Assembly (NCBI GenBank): GCA_039679815.1
Contig: JBDKUG010000239.1
Span: 1-48,396, forward strand
Length of the DNA stretch: 48,396 nt
Reading direction: 5' to 3'
DNA from: Smithella sp.
Lineage (GTDB): Bacteria > Desulfobacterota > Syntrophia > Syntrophales > Smithellaceae
How positions within the stretch are numbered: position 1 is the stretch's first letter; each line of letters starts with the position of its first letter. The notes under the pieces were generated by a model. It saw nothing but the letters and a program-made list of their open reading frames with translations. It did not search any database and was not told where the DNA came from. A program made the position numbers and the translations under genes. This document shows positions 39,066 to 48,396 of the stretch, piece after piece.

Positions 39066-39272
39066 ATGACACAAAATGACTGGCTGCATAACTTTACAAA
39101 GTCCGAGACAGACCGCTGGATTGGCGGCGTCTGCGGCGGATTGGGAGAGCACACCCCTGTTCCTTCCTGGATATGGCGTTTGTTGTTTACGTTGCTGGTT
39201 CTTTGCTTCGGGACAGGATTCCTCATCTATATTCTGCTTTGGATTTTTGTTCCGCGTAAAGCAAAAACCTGA
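39066..39272 (+). CDS. PspC domain-containing small membrane protein
   Basis: 68 aa. Has the DRWIGGVCGGLGEH PspC signature followed by one TM helix. GGAGG RBS. Confidence 0.85.
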   Translation: MTQNDWLHNFTKSETDRWIGGVCGGLGEHTPVPSWIWRLLFTLLVLCFGTGFLIYILLWIFVPRKAKT

Positions 39273-39323
39273 TAAACTGAATGTCGGGGAAGAAAATCAG
39301 GCTGAAATGGCAATGAATGTTTA

Positions 39324-40157
39324 TTGAAGATGAAGATTGAAAATCTGGCGCTGGATAAAATCCGGCCCGTGAAAATTCGGCACGCCAGTCCCCTGCTTTT
39401 TATTCACGGAGCTTGGGGAACAAGTCTATACTGGAAGAATTATCTTCCATATTTTGCTGATCAGGGATGGGAAGTCTATGCGGTGAACCTGCGCGGCCAT
39501 TTTCCGTCGGATCGGGAAGAGGCTTTGGCGCAGGTGACACTGGAAGATTATCTGGATGATGTGGAAAAAGTCATCCGTCGCCTCAATATTGATAATTGTG
39601 CATTGATTGGACACAGTCTGGGCGGATTGATTGCTCAGAAAACAGCGGAATATATCGATTCGATTACTGCTCTCGTTACCATGGCCAGTGCGCCCCCGCT
39701 TGGTGTCGCCCTGGAAGTTCAGAATGATCTACCCTATTCCGGAACGATCATCAAAAACATGTGGGGGATGATGAATATGAAACCGGTTAAACCGACCTTC
39801 GCAATGGCGGAACAGACGGTACTCAACAATATTGCCCCGGATGAACGCAAAGCTTTTTTTGACATGTTTGTCGCCGAATCTCTGGTTGTCGGCTATCAGG
39901 TGGCTCAGGGCTACCCGGTCTATCCATCAAGGATAAAGTGCCCAAAGCTGGTTATCGGGTGCGCCAGAGATGTGGTTGCTCCGGTATCCATGCAGAGGGG
40001 ATTGGCCGATTTTTTACAGGCTGACTATATTGAATATCAACAATTTGCTCATCTGCCGATGCTGGAGACGGGCTGGGAAAAATCCGCCGCTGACCTGGCG
40101 AAGTGGTTGGATCAGAAAGTGAATGCACCGGTCGCCGTAAAAGATTCAAGATCATAA
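39324..40157 (+). CDS. Alpha/beta hydrolase
   Basis: 277 aa. Has HGAWG and the GHSLGG nucleophile elbow. The start is ambiguous between TTG 39324 and ATG 39330. Confidence 0.8.
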   Translation: MKMKIENLALDKIRPVKIRHASPLLFIHGAWGTSLYWKNYLPYFADQGWEVYAVNLRGHFPSDREEALAQVTLEDYLDDVEKVIRRLNIDNCALIGHSLGGLIAQKTAEYIDSITALVTMASAPPLGVALEVQNDLPYSGTIIKNMWGMMNMKPVKPTFAMAEQTVLNNIAPDERKAFFDMFVAESLVVGYQVAQGYPVYPSRIKCPKLVIGCARDVVAPVSMQRGLADFLQADYIEYQQFAHLPMLETGWEKSAADLAKWLDQKVNAPVAVKDSRS

Positions 40158-40185
40158 GAACAATAGAAAGAGGAAAGGGTCCGAA

Positions 40186-40851
40186 ATGAAGTATCGAGAT
40201 GACATTTACATTTATGAATGGGCAAACTACTTTGACAACAACTGCAACAGCTACTACATCGGCGGAAATGTACAGGCGCTTATTGATCCGGGTCTGACAC
40301 GCTATCTACCCGATTTGCTCAATCAGATGGCCAATGACGGCATCAAGAAGAAAGACATCAAGTACGTGATCAATACGCATTCGCATCCCGATCACTTTCA
40401 GGGCTCAGAACTTTTTGATCAGGAAAAAGTAAAAATCGCCCTGCACCGCAAGGAAATGGATTTCCTCAAAGGTGTCGGTGGCGAACTTTACGGTCTCTTC
40501 GGTATCACCGTGCCGCAGATGCAGATCAACAAGCAGATGGAGGACGGCAAGCTTGAACTGGGCGACCAGGTCTTCAAAGTAATTTCGATTCCAGGGCATA
40601 CACCAGGCTCTATCGGACTCTACTGGCCTGTAAAGAAGGCCCTGTTCTGCGGCGACGTCGTGTTCCAGCAGAATGTCGGCCGCACGGATTTTCCCGGTGG
40701 CAACGGCTCGCTGCTGAAAAAAAGTATTGTCACACTGTCCGATCTCGATATCGAGTTGCTTTTACCCGGGCACATGGGAATGATCGAAGGCCATGACAAG
40801 ATTCAGGACAACTTCAACATTATCATTCAGAATATTTTCCCCTACATTTAG
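40186..40851 (+). CDS. MBL-fold metallo-hydrolase
   Basis: 221 aa. Has the THSHPDH zinc motif, then GHTPGS and GD...TDFPGG. Confidence 0.88.
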   Translation: MKYRDDIYIYEWANYFDNNCNSYYIGGNVQALIDPGLTRYLPDLLNQMANDGIKKKDIKYVINTHSHPDHFQGSELFDQEKVKIALHRKEMDFLKGVGGELYGLFGITVPQMQINKQMEDGKLELGDQVFKVISIPGHTPGSIGLYWPVKKALFCGDVVFQQNVGRTDFPGGNGSLLKKSIVTLSDLDIELLLPGHMGMIEGHDKIQDNFNIIIQNIFPYI

Positions 40852-40884
40852 GGGTCATCTGTTCTTCCGGAGGACCAGCGTTCC

Positions 40885-42570
40885 ATGGCGAATGAAGGAA
40901 ACAAAGTAATTTACTCCATGATTGGAGTCAGCAAGGTTTATGAAAAAAAGCCGGTGCTGAAGGACATCTACCTGTCTTATTTCTATGGCGCGAAAATCGG
41001 CGTAATCGGTTTAAACGGATCCGGCAAAAGCTCGCTTCTGAAAATTCTGGCAGGTGTGGATGATGAATTTATCGGCAAGACCATCCTTTCGCCAGGCTAC
41101 ACGGTAGGCTACCTGGAGCAGGAGCCGCGCCTGGACGACGCTAAAACAGTGCGCCAGATTGTGGAGCAGGGTGTGCAATCCACAATGGATGTGATCAACG
41201 AGTACAACGCTGTCAACGAGAAATTTGGCGAGGAAATGTCGGACGAGGAAATGACGAAGCTCTGCGACCGGCAGGCAGTACTGCAGGAGAAGATGGACGC
41301 GCTGGATGCGTGGGACATGGACTCGCGACTTGAAATGGCAATGGACGCACTGCGCTGTCCGCCTGCCGACACACTGATCAACGTGCTTTCCGGCGGTGAA
41401 AAACGCCGTGTCGCCCTATGCCGGCTGCTTTTACAGAAACCCGACATCCTGCTTCTGGACGAACCGACCAACCATCTGGATGCCGAATCCGTTGCCTGGC
41501 TGGAGCATCATCTGCAAAAATACGAGGGCACGATCATTGCCGTTACCCATGACCGTTATTTCCTGGATAATGTTGCCGGTTGGATCCTTGAGCTCGACCG
41601 CGGCCAGGGCATTCCCTGGCAGGGGAATTATTCCTCATGGTTGGAGCAAAAGCAAAACCGCCTGAAGAATGAAGAAAAATCGGAAAGCGCAAGAATCAAA
41701 ACCCTGGAGCGCGAGCTGGAATGGATCCGCATGTCGCCCAAGGGGCGCCATGCCAAGTCCAAGGCGCGCATCAATGCTTATGAAGAGCTGCTGGGCACGA
41801 CCCAGGAAAAGGAATCCGGCACCCGTGAAATCTTTATCGCGCCGGGCCCCCGCCTCGGTGATCTGGTGATCGAAGCAAAAGACGTAAACAAAGGCTATGG
41901 CGATAATCTGCTCGTTGAAGGGATGACCTTTTCCCTGCCACCCGGCGGCATCGTTGGCGTGATCGGCCCCAACGGCGCGGGTAAGACCACGCTCTTCCGC
42001 ATGATTACCGGGCAGGAACAGCCGGATGCCGGCACAATCCGCATCGGCGATACCGTGAAGCTCGCTTATGTCGATCAAAGCCGCGACGCGCTCGATCCCG
42101 ATAAAAATATCTGGGAGATGATTTCCGACGGCCAGGATATTATTCCTGTTGGATCAAGACAGATCAATTCGCGTGCATACGTGTCGCGGTTTAATTTTTC
42201 CGGCACCGATCAGCAGAAAAAAGTTGGAACTCTTTCCGGCGGAGAACGCAACCGCGTTCATCTGGCGCGCATGCTCAAGGAGGGCGCCAATGTACTGCTC
42301 CTCGATGAGCCTACCAACGATCTGGATATCAACACCTTACGTGCGTTGGAAGATTCATTGGAGAGTTTTGCCGGCTGTGTAGTCGTCATCAGCCACGACC
42401 GCTGGTTTCTGGACCGCATCTGCACACACATTCTGGCGTTTGAAGGCGACAGCAAAACACTCTTGTTTGACGGCAATTATTCCGAATACGAGGAAGACCG
42501 CAAAAACAGACTGGGCGCCGCCGCCAGTCAGCCGCATCGGATCAAGTACCGGCAACTGACCAGAAGGTAG
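40885..42570 (+). CDS. ettA: Energy-dependent translational throttle protein EttA (ABC-F ATPase)
   Basis: 561 aa. Two ABC cassettes (GLNGSGKSS / LSGGEKRR / LLLDEPTNHLD and GPNGAGKTT / LSGGERNR / LLLDEPTNDLD). The inter-domain linker and N-terminus VIYSM..VSK are typical of EttA. Confidence 0.93.
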   Translation: MANEGNKVIYSMIGVSKVYEKKPVLKDIYLSYFYGAKIGVIGLNGSGKSSLLKILAGVDDEFIGKTILSPGYTVGYLEQEPRLDDAKTVRQIVEQGVQSTMDVINEYNAVNEKFGEEMSDEEMTKLCDRQAVLQEKMDALDAWDMDSRLEMAMDALRCPPADTLINVLSGGEKRRVALCRLLLQKPDILLLDEPTNHLDAESVAWLEHHLQKYEGTIIAVTHDRYFLDNVAGWILELDRGQGIPWQGNYSSWLEQKQNRLKNEEKSESARIKTLERELEWIRMSPKGRHAKSKARINAYEELLGTTQEKESGTREIFIAPGPRLGDLVIEAKDVNKGYGDNLLVEGMTFSLPPGGIVGVIGPNGAGKTTLFRMITGQEQPDAGTIRIGDTVKLAYVDQSRDALDPDKNIWEMISDGQDIIPVGSRQINSRAYVSRFNFSGTDQQKKVGTLSGGERNRVHLARMLKEGANVLLLDEPTNDLDINTLRALEDSLESFAGCVVVISHDRWFLDRICTHILAFEGDSKTLLFDGNYSEYEEDRKNRLGAAASQPHRIKYRQLTRR

Positions 42571-42578
42571 CACCGGCA

Positions 42579-42878
42579 CTATGGTAATTTAATTTTTCTT
42601 TTTTCCGTCTGCGGACAGGGCCGGTAGAAGATGGCGATATTGCCGATCAGACCGACAAGTTCGCTTTTGGTTGCGTCGGCGATTTCTTTGGATATTTCCT
42701 TTTTGGCTTTTTTGAATTCGCCGAATTTTACTTTGATCAGTTCGTGGTCTTTCAAGGCGAGGTCAACCGAGCCGAGAAGCTGGTCGGTCACTCCTTTCGC
42801 GCCGATCATGACCAGCGGCTTTAAATGGTGCGCCAGTGCACGCAGGTATTTTCGCTGGGAACCTTTAAGGGATTCCAT
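42579..42878 (-). CDS. yhbY: Ribosome assembly RNA-binding protein YhbY (CRS1/YhbY domain)
   Basis: 99 aa. Has LKGSQRKYLRALAHHLKPLVMIGAKG...HELIKVK. It is convergent with ettA, 8 nt apart. Confidence 0.88.
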   Translation of the reverse strand: MESLKGSQRKYLRALAHHLKPLVMIGAKGVTDQLLGSVDLALKDHELIKVKFGEFKKAKKEISKEIADATKSELVGLIGNIAIFYRPCPQTEKRKIKLP

Positions 42879-43024
42879 GGGTTTTGTTCATCCACGTTTT
42901 TTATTTTTTGTTCGTATAGCACAATTAATCATTTTAAAAAATATATTATAAAACATTTTATTTCTTAACCCCTGTAAGGCGTCAGAAGTTAGAAAATACA
43001 TGGCAAATTTGGCAGAGAAACTTC

Positions 43025-43053
43025 TTGACAAATAAAGCCTCTTGAATAAAAGT
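43025..43053 (+). promoter_or_regulatory. Candidate sigma70-type promoter for tRNA-Gly
   Basis: Perfect -35 TTGACA (43025-43030). A weak -10, taaaag/aaaagt, follows after a 16-17 nt spacer. The predicted TSS is a few nt upstream of the tRNA 5' end. Confidence 0.3.
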
Positions 43054-43065
43054 CTCAAGCCGTGA

Positions 43066-43140
43066 GCGGGCGTAATTCAGCGGTAGAATGTCAGCTTCCC
43101 AAGCTGGACGTCGCCGGTTCGAGCCCGGTCGCCCGCTCCA
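43066..43140 (+). tRNA. tRNA-Gly (anticodon CCC)
   Basis: Manual cloverleaf. Acceptor gcgggcg/cgcccgc, anticodon stem tcagc/gctgg with loop ttCCCaa, T arm gccgg-ttcgagc-ccggt, encoded CCA. Confidence 0.9.
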
Positions 43141-43243
43141 TTTTCAGCCTTCCGGCAAGCCCTTTTGGGCGGGAAATAGTGCTTGCATTGCCTATGGGTA
43201 TGTGGTAGTCGTATTTCCAACCATTACTGAAAGTTGTTTGCTG

Positions 43244-43269
43244 AAGTGGGCCTGTGCCCACTTTTTTAT
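43244..43269 (+). terminator. Rho-independent terminator between tRNA-Gly and rimP
   Basis: Stem aagtgggc (43244-43251) pairs with gcccactt (43256-43263). The loop is ctgt and a tttttt run follows. It lies 18 nt upstream of the rimP ATG. Confidence 0.75.
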
Positions 43270-43286
43270 TTTCTGAAGCGATTGAT

Positions 43287-43778
43287 ATGTACGATGATTT
43301 AAAAGACAAAATATGGCAACTGACGGAGCCGATTGCGGCCGCAGAAGGGATGGAACTGATTCATGTCGAATGCCTGAAAATGCACTCCCGATGGGTCTTT
43401 CGGCTTTATCTGGATAAAGAAGGCGGGATCTCGCTGGACGACTGCACTGCGGTCAGTAATCAGATGGGTGATGTTCTGGATGTTCATGATCTGTCCCGCG
43501 GACCCTACACGCTGGAAGTTTCATCGCCGGGGCTCGACCGTCCCGTTTCGCGCGACGTTGATTTTGAGCGGTTCAAGGGTGCCACGTTAACAATCAAAAC
43601 CCGGATCAAGATCGACGGCACAAAGAAATTTCAGGGTATCCTGGTGGATTACGTGGAAGAAAACGGCAGACGAATTGTGCGGATTGAGTCGTCCGGCAAA
43701 GTATTCAGTATCCCGAAAGAAGAAATCGTCAAAGCCAACCTGGTTGATGAAACAGCAAGGCTTGTGGAGCAAGAATAA
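43287..43778 (+). CDS. rimP: Ribosome maturation factor RimP
   Basis: MYDDLKDKIWQLTEPIAAAEGMELIHVE... with the LEVSSPGLDRP motif. The ORF-track start 43254 lies inside the terminator hairpin, so ATG 43287 is preferred. Confidence 0.9.
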   Translation: MYDDLKDKIWQLTEPIAAAEGMELIHVECLKMHSRWVFRLYLDKEGGISLDDCTAVSNQMGDVLDVHDLSRGPYTLEVSSPGLDRPVSRDVDFERFKGATLTIKTRIKIDGTKKFQGILVDYVEENGRRIVRIESSGKVFSIPKEEIVKANLVDETARLVEQE

Positions 43779-43833
43779 ACGCAGGCAGGCTGAAAAATAG
43801 TTACAGCCCGAGAGAAAATGGAGGATTTTGTAA

Positions 43834-45096
43834 ATGTTTCAAGAGCTTAAACGTCTGATAGAGCAGATGGGTAAGGATAGGGGTATCGATAAACTCATTA
43901 TTACAGAAGCTCTCGAGGCCGCCATGATGACGGCGGCACGAAAAAAACTGGGACAGAATGTGGATATTGAAGCCCACTACAATGATGAAGTCGGAGAAAT
44001 TGAAGTTTTCCAGTTTAAAACGGTTGTTGATAAAGTGCTCGATCCCGAAACGCAAATTTCCAGAGAGGAAGCAAGAAAAACCCTCGATGAAGGCGCGGAG
44101 CCCGGTGATTCTCTCGGCATGAAAATCGAAACAAGTTCCTTTGGCCGGATTGCCGTCCAGATGGCCAAACAAATCATTATTCAACGGGTGAAAGACGCGG
44201 AACGCGATAATATCTACGACGAATATAAAGACCGCAAGGGTGAGCTGATTAACGGTTTTGTCCAGCGGTTTGAGAGCGGCAATATCATTGTGAATCTGGG
44301 GCGGGCTGAGGGTGTAGTTCCCCCCGCAGAGCAGATTCACCGCGAAACCTATAAACGCGGCGAACGTATCCGGTCCTATCTTTTTGAAGTCAAGAAGAAT
44401 ACGAAGGGTGCACAGATCCTTCTGTCGCGAACGCATCCCGCTTTTCTCAAGGCGCTCTTTGAAGTGGAAGTGCCTGAAATTTCAGAAGGCCTGATTGACA
44501 TTGTCAGTGTGGCCCGCGAGCCGGGCAAGCGCGGCAAGATTGCCGTAAAGGCCAAAGACAAGGACATTGATCCGGTGGGCGCCTGCGTGGGAATGCGCGG
44601 GAGCCGGGTGCAAAGCGTTGTGCAGGAACTGCGCGGAGAAAAAATTGATATCATCCCTTACACGGAAGATTCGGCCAAGTATGTTTCAAGCGCCCTGTCT
44701 CCCGCCAAGGTGAACCGCGTGTTTGTTGATGAGGAAAACCGCGCGATGACGGTTATTGTTCCCGACGACCAGTTATCACTTGCCATTGGCAAGAACGGTC
44801 AGAACGTTCGCCTTGCCGTCAAGTTGACCGGCTGGAAAGTCGACGTGAAGAGCGAGACCATGGCTGCCGAAAAGGAAGAAGACGGCCAGAAAGCATTGAT
44901 GAAAATCCCCGGCATCGGGCCGGCAATGGCCGAAAAGCTCTTTGCACAGGGCATCAAGAGTATCGCGATGCTGGCCGCTATGGAGCCGGAAGCGCTTTCC
45001 GCGATTCCCGGTGTAGGCGAAAAAACAAGCACGGAGTGGATTGCGGAAGCCATCAGGCTGATCGACGAGGAAACAAACAATAATAAAAAAGAGTAA
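43834..45096 (+). CDS. nusA: Transcription termination/antitermination factor NusA
   Basis: 420 aa. N-terminal domain, S1 domain, KH1/KH2 (ACVGMRGSRVQSVVQEL, LAIGKNGQNVRLA) and a C-terminal HhH region. GGAGG RBS. Confidence 0.96.
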   Translation: MFQELKRLIEQMGKDRGIDKLIITEALEAAMMTAARKKLGQNVDIEAHYNDEVGEIEVFQFKTVVDKVLDPETQISREEARKTLDEGAEPGDSLGMKIETSSFGRIAVQMAKQIIIQRVKDAERDNIYDEYKDRKGELINGFVQRFESGNIIVNLGRAEGVVPPAEQIHRETYKRGERIRSYLFEVKKNTKGAQILLSRTHPAFLKALFEVEVPEISEGLIDIVSVAREPGKRGKIAVKAKDKDIDPVGACVGMRGSRVQSVVQELRGEKIDIIPYTEDSAKYVSSALSPAKVNRVFVDEENRAMTVIVPDDQLSLAIGKNGQNVRLAVKLTGWKVDVKSETMAAEKEEDGQKALMKIPGIGPAMAEKLFAQGIKSIAMLAAMEPEALSAIPGVGEKTSTEWIAEAIRLIDEETNNNKKE

Positions 45097-45139
45097 TTTA
45101 GTTCACGGACCCAGTATTTAATTTGAGGGAGTTTCGGGA

Positions 45140-47746
45140 ATGGCGAAAAAGCGAGTGCACGAGTTGGCCAAGGAGCTTGGCCTGGAAAACAAAGACCTGA
45201 TTGCCCATCTGGAAAGATTGGGTATTACAGTCAAGTCCCATGCCAGCAGTTTGGAGGAGAGCGAGGTCGAAAGAGTCAGGGCTGACTTGCAGACCACGTC
45301 TCCGAGGCAGATTGTGGAGGAAAGAATAAAAACGACGGTTATTCGCCGCCGTGCGGTTCGCACACAGGTTGAGCCGGTCCCGGGTGAAGCTCCCGAGGAA
45401 GCAAAAGAAGAACCCGCTGAAGGAAAAACCGCTCAGCCTGCCGTTCAGAGAAAAGAGGCGGTTTCAGGCGCGGCGGAAATACCCGGGGCAGAAAAGGAAA
45501 AAGAAGAGGCGCCTACCGCTCAACCGGGTGTTCCTGTTGAGGAAGTGAAGAAAGACGTGTCGGTCGCGGGACCGGTTGAGGAATTAAAACCAGATCAGCA
45601 AGTGTCTGAAAAGATATCGGAAACACCAAAAAAACCTCCGGTGATTATACCCGTTCGGCCACCGATGATGTCCAGGCATAAAATCGTAAAGCCCGAAGAG
45701 AAAAAAGAAATTCCGGCAAAAGCCCCCCAGAAGCCGGGGGAAAAAGTTATTGTACCGCCGCCCGAAAAAATCATTAAAAGAGAATTTGAAAAGCCCAAGA
45801 AAAAAGGCAAGGGGCCGGTGGAAGTTTTTATTGAAGAGGAAAAAGAGGTCCCGCGCCGCAAGATTCTGGAAAGAAAAATCGACAAGAAGATCAAAGTCAT
45901 TGAAGATGATCGGGATGTGGCATTCAGCAAATGGCGCGAAGAGAAAAAGGCCGCACCGGTCAAGATGAAGAAAACCGAAATTACGGTGCCGAAAGCCATC
46001 AAGCGGCGAATTCGTGTCGGTGAAACGATTACGACGGGTGATCTGGCCAAACGGATGGGCGTTAAAGCCGGCGAGGTCATCAATAAGTTGATGGGCATGG
46101 GCGTGATGGCTGCCATCAATCAGGCGGTTGATTTTGACATTGCCACGCTGGTGGCCTCTGAGTTCAGCTTTCAGCTGGAAAAAGCAGAGATGGAATTTGA
46201 GGATACCATGCTGAAATCGCAGACGGTCTCGGAAAATCTCAAACCGCGCGCACCGATCGTCACGATCATGGGTCACGTTGATCACGGCAAAACATCGCTG
46301 CTGGACGCTATCCGCCAGACCAATGTTATTGACGGCGAAGCAGGCGGGATTACGCAGGCCATAGGCGCCTATCATGTGCACATCAACGGACGCGACATTG
46401 TTTTTCTGGATACACCCGGTCACGAAGCCTTTACCGCCATGCGAGCGCGCGGCGCCCAGGTTACGGATATTGTGGTTCTGGTGGTGGCGGCGGACGACGG
46501 CGTCATGGATCAAACTGTTGAAGCCATCAATCACTCCAAGGTGGCCGGTGTGCCGATCATCGTGGCGATAAATAAAATTGACAAGCCGGGCGCCGATCCC
46601 GAAAAGATCAAGCAGTCGCTTACCGAACACGGGCTTTTATCGGAGCAATGGGGCGGCGACACGATTTTCAGCGAAGTTTCGGCCAAGAAGAAACTCGGCA
46701 TTGAGGAACTGCTGGAGATGATCCTGTTGCAGGCCGACGTGATGGAACTCAAGGCTGATCCCGATTTGCCCGCACGCGGCATCATTATCGAAGCCAAGCT
46801 GGACCGAGGCCGTGGTCCGGTTGCGACCGTTCTGATTCAGCAGGGAACCTTGCATGAAGGAGACGCTTTTGTTTCCAAAACCGAATTCGGCCGTGTCCGG
46901 GCAATGAACAACGATCAGGGGCGTCGTGTAAAGGAAGCGGGCCCCGCCATGCCCGTGGAAGTCATTGGATTTTCCAGTGTGCCCCAGACCGGCGCGGAAT
47001 TTGTCTGCGTGGAAGATGAGAAGAAGGCCCGGAATATTTCCGATTACTGGATCAGGAAAACGCGGGAAAAAGAACTATCCGCTTCCTCCAAAATCACCCT
47101 GGAGCAATTGTATCAGAAGATCAAGGAGGGTGTGAAAGATTTAAACGTCATTATCAAAGCCGATGTTCAGGGTTCTATTGAAGCGATTTCGGATGCCCTG
47201 AACAAGCTTTCCACAGAAGATGTCCAGCTCAAGGCCATTCACAGTTCCACGGGAGCAATCAGCGAGACGGATGTCATGCTGGCCTCGGCGTCCAATGCGA
47301 TCATTATCGGGTTCAATGTCCGGCCGGATGCCCGCGTGAGTGAACTTGCCGAGCAGGAAGGCGTCGAAATCAAGCTGTATGACATCATATACAACGTCAT
47401 TTCAGATGTGCGAGCTGCCATGGAAGGCCTCCTGGAGCCGGAATACAAAGAGTTGGTTCAGGGACGCGCCGAAGTCCGGGAACTCTTCAAGGTGCCCAAA
47501 GTCGGCATTATTGCCGGTTGCCATGTGACGGACGGCAAAATCACCCGCGCGGCCGGTATTAAACTGGTTCGGGACAGTGTGGTTGTTTTCGACGGCAAAG
47601 TCCTTGCTTTAAAGCGCTTTAAAGACGACGCCAAGGAAGTGCTGGCCGGATTTGAATGCGGCATCAGCATCGATGGCTATAACGACATTCATGTGGGCGA
47701 TGTTATTGAGTCGTATATCATGGAGACACTGGAAAGAAAGTTGTAG
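45140..47746 (+). CDS. infB: Translation initiation factor IF-2
   Basis: 868 aa. [15 protein letters not shown]-terminus, low-complexity K/E/P linker, G domain [12 protein letters not shown] / DTPGHEAF / NKID. Confidence 0.97.
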   Translation: MAKKRVHELAKELGLENKDLIAHLERLGITVKSHASSLEESEVERVRADLQTTSPRQIVEERIKTTVIRRRAVRTQVEPVPGEAPEEAKEEPAEGKTAQPAVQRKEAVSGAAEIPGAEKEKEEAPTAQPGVPVEEVKKDVSVAGPVEELKPDQQVSEKISETPKKPPVIIPVRPPMMSRHKIVKPEEKKEIPAKAPQKPGEKVIVPPPEKIIKREFEKPKKKGKGPVEVFIEEEKEVPRRKILERKIDKKIKVIEDDRDVAFSKWREEKKAAPVKMKKTEITVPKAIKRRIRVGETITTGDLAKRMGVKAGEVINKLMGMGVMAAINQAVDFDIATLVASEFSFQLEKAEMEFEDTMLKSQTVSENLKPRAPIVTIMGHVDHGKTSLLDAIRQTNVIDGEAGGITQAIGAYHVHINGRDIVFLDTPGHEAFTAMRARGAQVTDIVVLVVAADDGVMDQTVEAINHSKVAGVPIIVAINKIDKPGADPEKIKQSLTEHGLLSEQWGGDTIFSEVSAKKKLGIEELLEMILLQADVMELKADPDLPARGIIIEAKLDRGRGPVATVLIQQGTLHEGDAFVSKTEFGRVRAMNNDQGRRVKEAGPAMPVEVIGFSSVPQTGAEFVCVEDEKKARNISDYWIRKTREKELSASSKITLEQLYQKIKEGVKDLNVIIKADVQGSIEAISDALNKLSTEDVQLKAIHSSTGAISETDVMLASASNAIIIGFNVRPDARVSELAEQEGVEIKLYDIIYNVISDVRAAMEGLLEPEYKELVQGRAEVRELFKVPKVGIIAGCHVTDGKITRAAGIKLVRDSVVVFDGKVLALKRFKDDAKEVLAGFECGISIDGYNDIHVGDVIESYIMETLERKL

Positions 47747-47758
47747 CAACGTAAGATC

Positions 47759-48097
47759 ATGGTTATCGGTTACGGCATTATTCGATTACGGATTCCGGAA
47801 TCAGGTTCTTTGAAGGAAAAAAGAAGTGTTTTAAGTAGGATATTAAAACGCGCGCAAAACGAGTTTAATATTTCCATTGCCCAGGTGGGCGATTTGGATG
47901 ATCATCATTTCGCCGAGATCGGATTTGCGCTTACCGGAAACGAATCCCGCTACATCAACGGCAAAGTCGATCACCTGCTCCGGTTTATCGGTGATTTGAA
48001 TGTTGCAGAAGTATTAAACTCGAAAACAGAAATTATGGTGGTTTCAGATTTTCTTGAAACGGCAGACTGGACAGCAGGCAAGTACGATGAATTTTAA
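47759..48097 (+). CDS. DUF503 domain protein (YlxP-like)
   Basis: 112 aa. Has the LRIPESGSLKEKRSVL motif. Its position between infB and rbfA is conserved. Confidence 0.8.
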   Translation: MVIGYGIIRLRIPESGSLKEKRSVLSRILKRAQNEFNISIAQVGDLDDHHFAEIGFALTGNESRYINGKVDHLLRFIGDLNVAEVLNSKTEIMVVSDFLETADWTAGKYDEF

Positions 48098-48396
48098 AAG
48101 AGCGGACAGAGTTGGTGAACTGATTATGGCGGAAATGTCCGACATTCTGCTGAAGGTTGTCAAAGATCCACGTCTGCATTCGGTGACGATCACGGCCGTT
48201 AAAGTGACAGACGATCTGCGCAATGCCAGGATTTATTTCGTTGAAATGGGCAAAGACGAATTAAACGAAGATGTTCAGACCGGTTTGAGTAAGGCCAAAG
48301 GTTTTGTGCGTCGTGAGCTGGGCCATCGCTTGCAGTTGCGTTTCGTGCCGGAGATTGTTTTTGTGCATGACAAGTCCTTCGGTTACGGGAACCATA
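48087..48396 (+). CDS. rbfA: Ribosome-binding factor A (partial, runs off window end)
   Basis: Not in the ORF track because no stop lies within the window. ATG 48087 gives MNFKRADRVGELIMAEMSDILLKVVKDPRLHSVTITAVKVTDDLRNARIYF..., a typical RbfA. It overlaps the DUF503 3' end by 11 nt. Confidence 0.88.
   Translation, partial: MNFKRADRVGELIMAEMSDILLKVVKDPRLHSVTITAVKVTDDLRNARIYFVEMGKDELNEDVQTGLSKAKGFVRRELGHRLQLRFVPEIVFVHDKSFGYGNH

Noticed and set aside
45584-46630. 348-aa antisense ORF inside infB. Similar shadow ORFs lie inside smc, tkt, the etf genes and gpmI.
   Set aside because: It is codon-aligned with infB (offset 444). The sequence is repetitive, Arg/Phe-rich and without motifs. It is a shadow of the K/E-rich sense frame.
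1-48396. Searched for CRISPR arrays, defence systems, prophage/integrase/transposase genes, toxin-antitoxin pairs, rRNA, tmRNA, RNase P and SRP RNA
   Set aside because: No regularly spaced direct repeats are present, no hallmark motifs appear in any ORF, and no recognisable conserved RNA cores were seen by eye. Structured-RNA absence is only weakly supported without a covariance-model scan.

Overview
This window looks like ordinary core genome from an anaerobic Desulfobacterota / Syntrophales-like bacterium. That placement is inferred from gene content: acs-etfBA-membrane FeS oxidoreductase-crotonase, an RRM/RGG RNA-binding protein, and DUF503 between infB and rbfA. I call about 45 protein genes and 2 tRNAs (Arg-CCT, Gly-CCC). 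The protein genes include greA, moaA, smc, ftsY, trxB, lgt, tkt, pgi, acs, etfBA, gpmI, ettA and rimP-nusA-infB-rbfA. I also call several clear intrinsic terminators. I found no CRISPR array, transposase, integrase, phage genes, recognisable defence genes or toxin-antitoxin genes. I cannot support a claim of a novel multi-gene system here. The observations most worth a second look are these. (1) A 157-158 bp palindromic MITE-like element is present twice in inverted orientation, at 7653-7810 and 28097-28253, with perfectly conserved 19-bp termini. One copy sits in the smc-ftsY spacer 26 nt from the ftsY start, and the pair brackets 20.4 kb. (2) About 1.3 kb between the RRM protein gene and acs has no credible ORF. 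It contains a minus-strand terminator/attenuator-like hairpin in the RRM gene leader, TGACT repeat sites, and a nested three-helix structure in the acs leader. (3) The acs-etfBA-FeS oxidoreductase-crotonase syntrophy-type module has a strong terminator between etfA and the oxidoreductase gene. (4) A small secreted Pro/Arg-rich tandem-repeat protein lies behind a 620-bp AT-rich gap. (5) A tRNA-Gly plus terminator sits in front of rimP-nusA-infB, which resembles the E. coli metY arrangement. All function calls come from reading the translated ORFs and motifs by eye. No database search was run.
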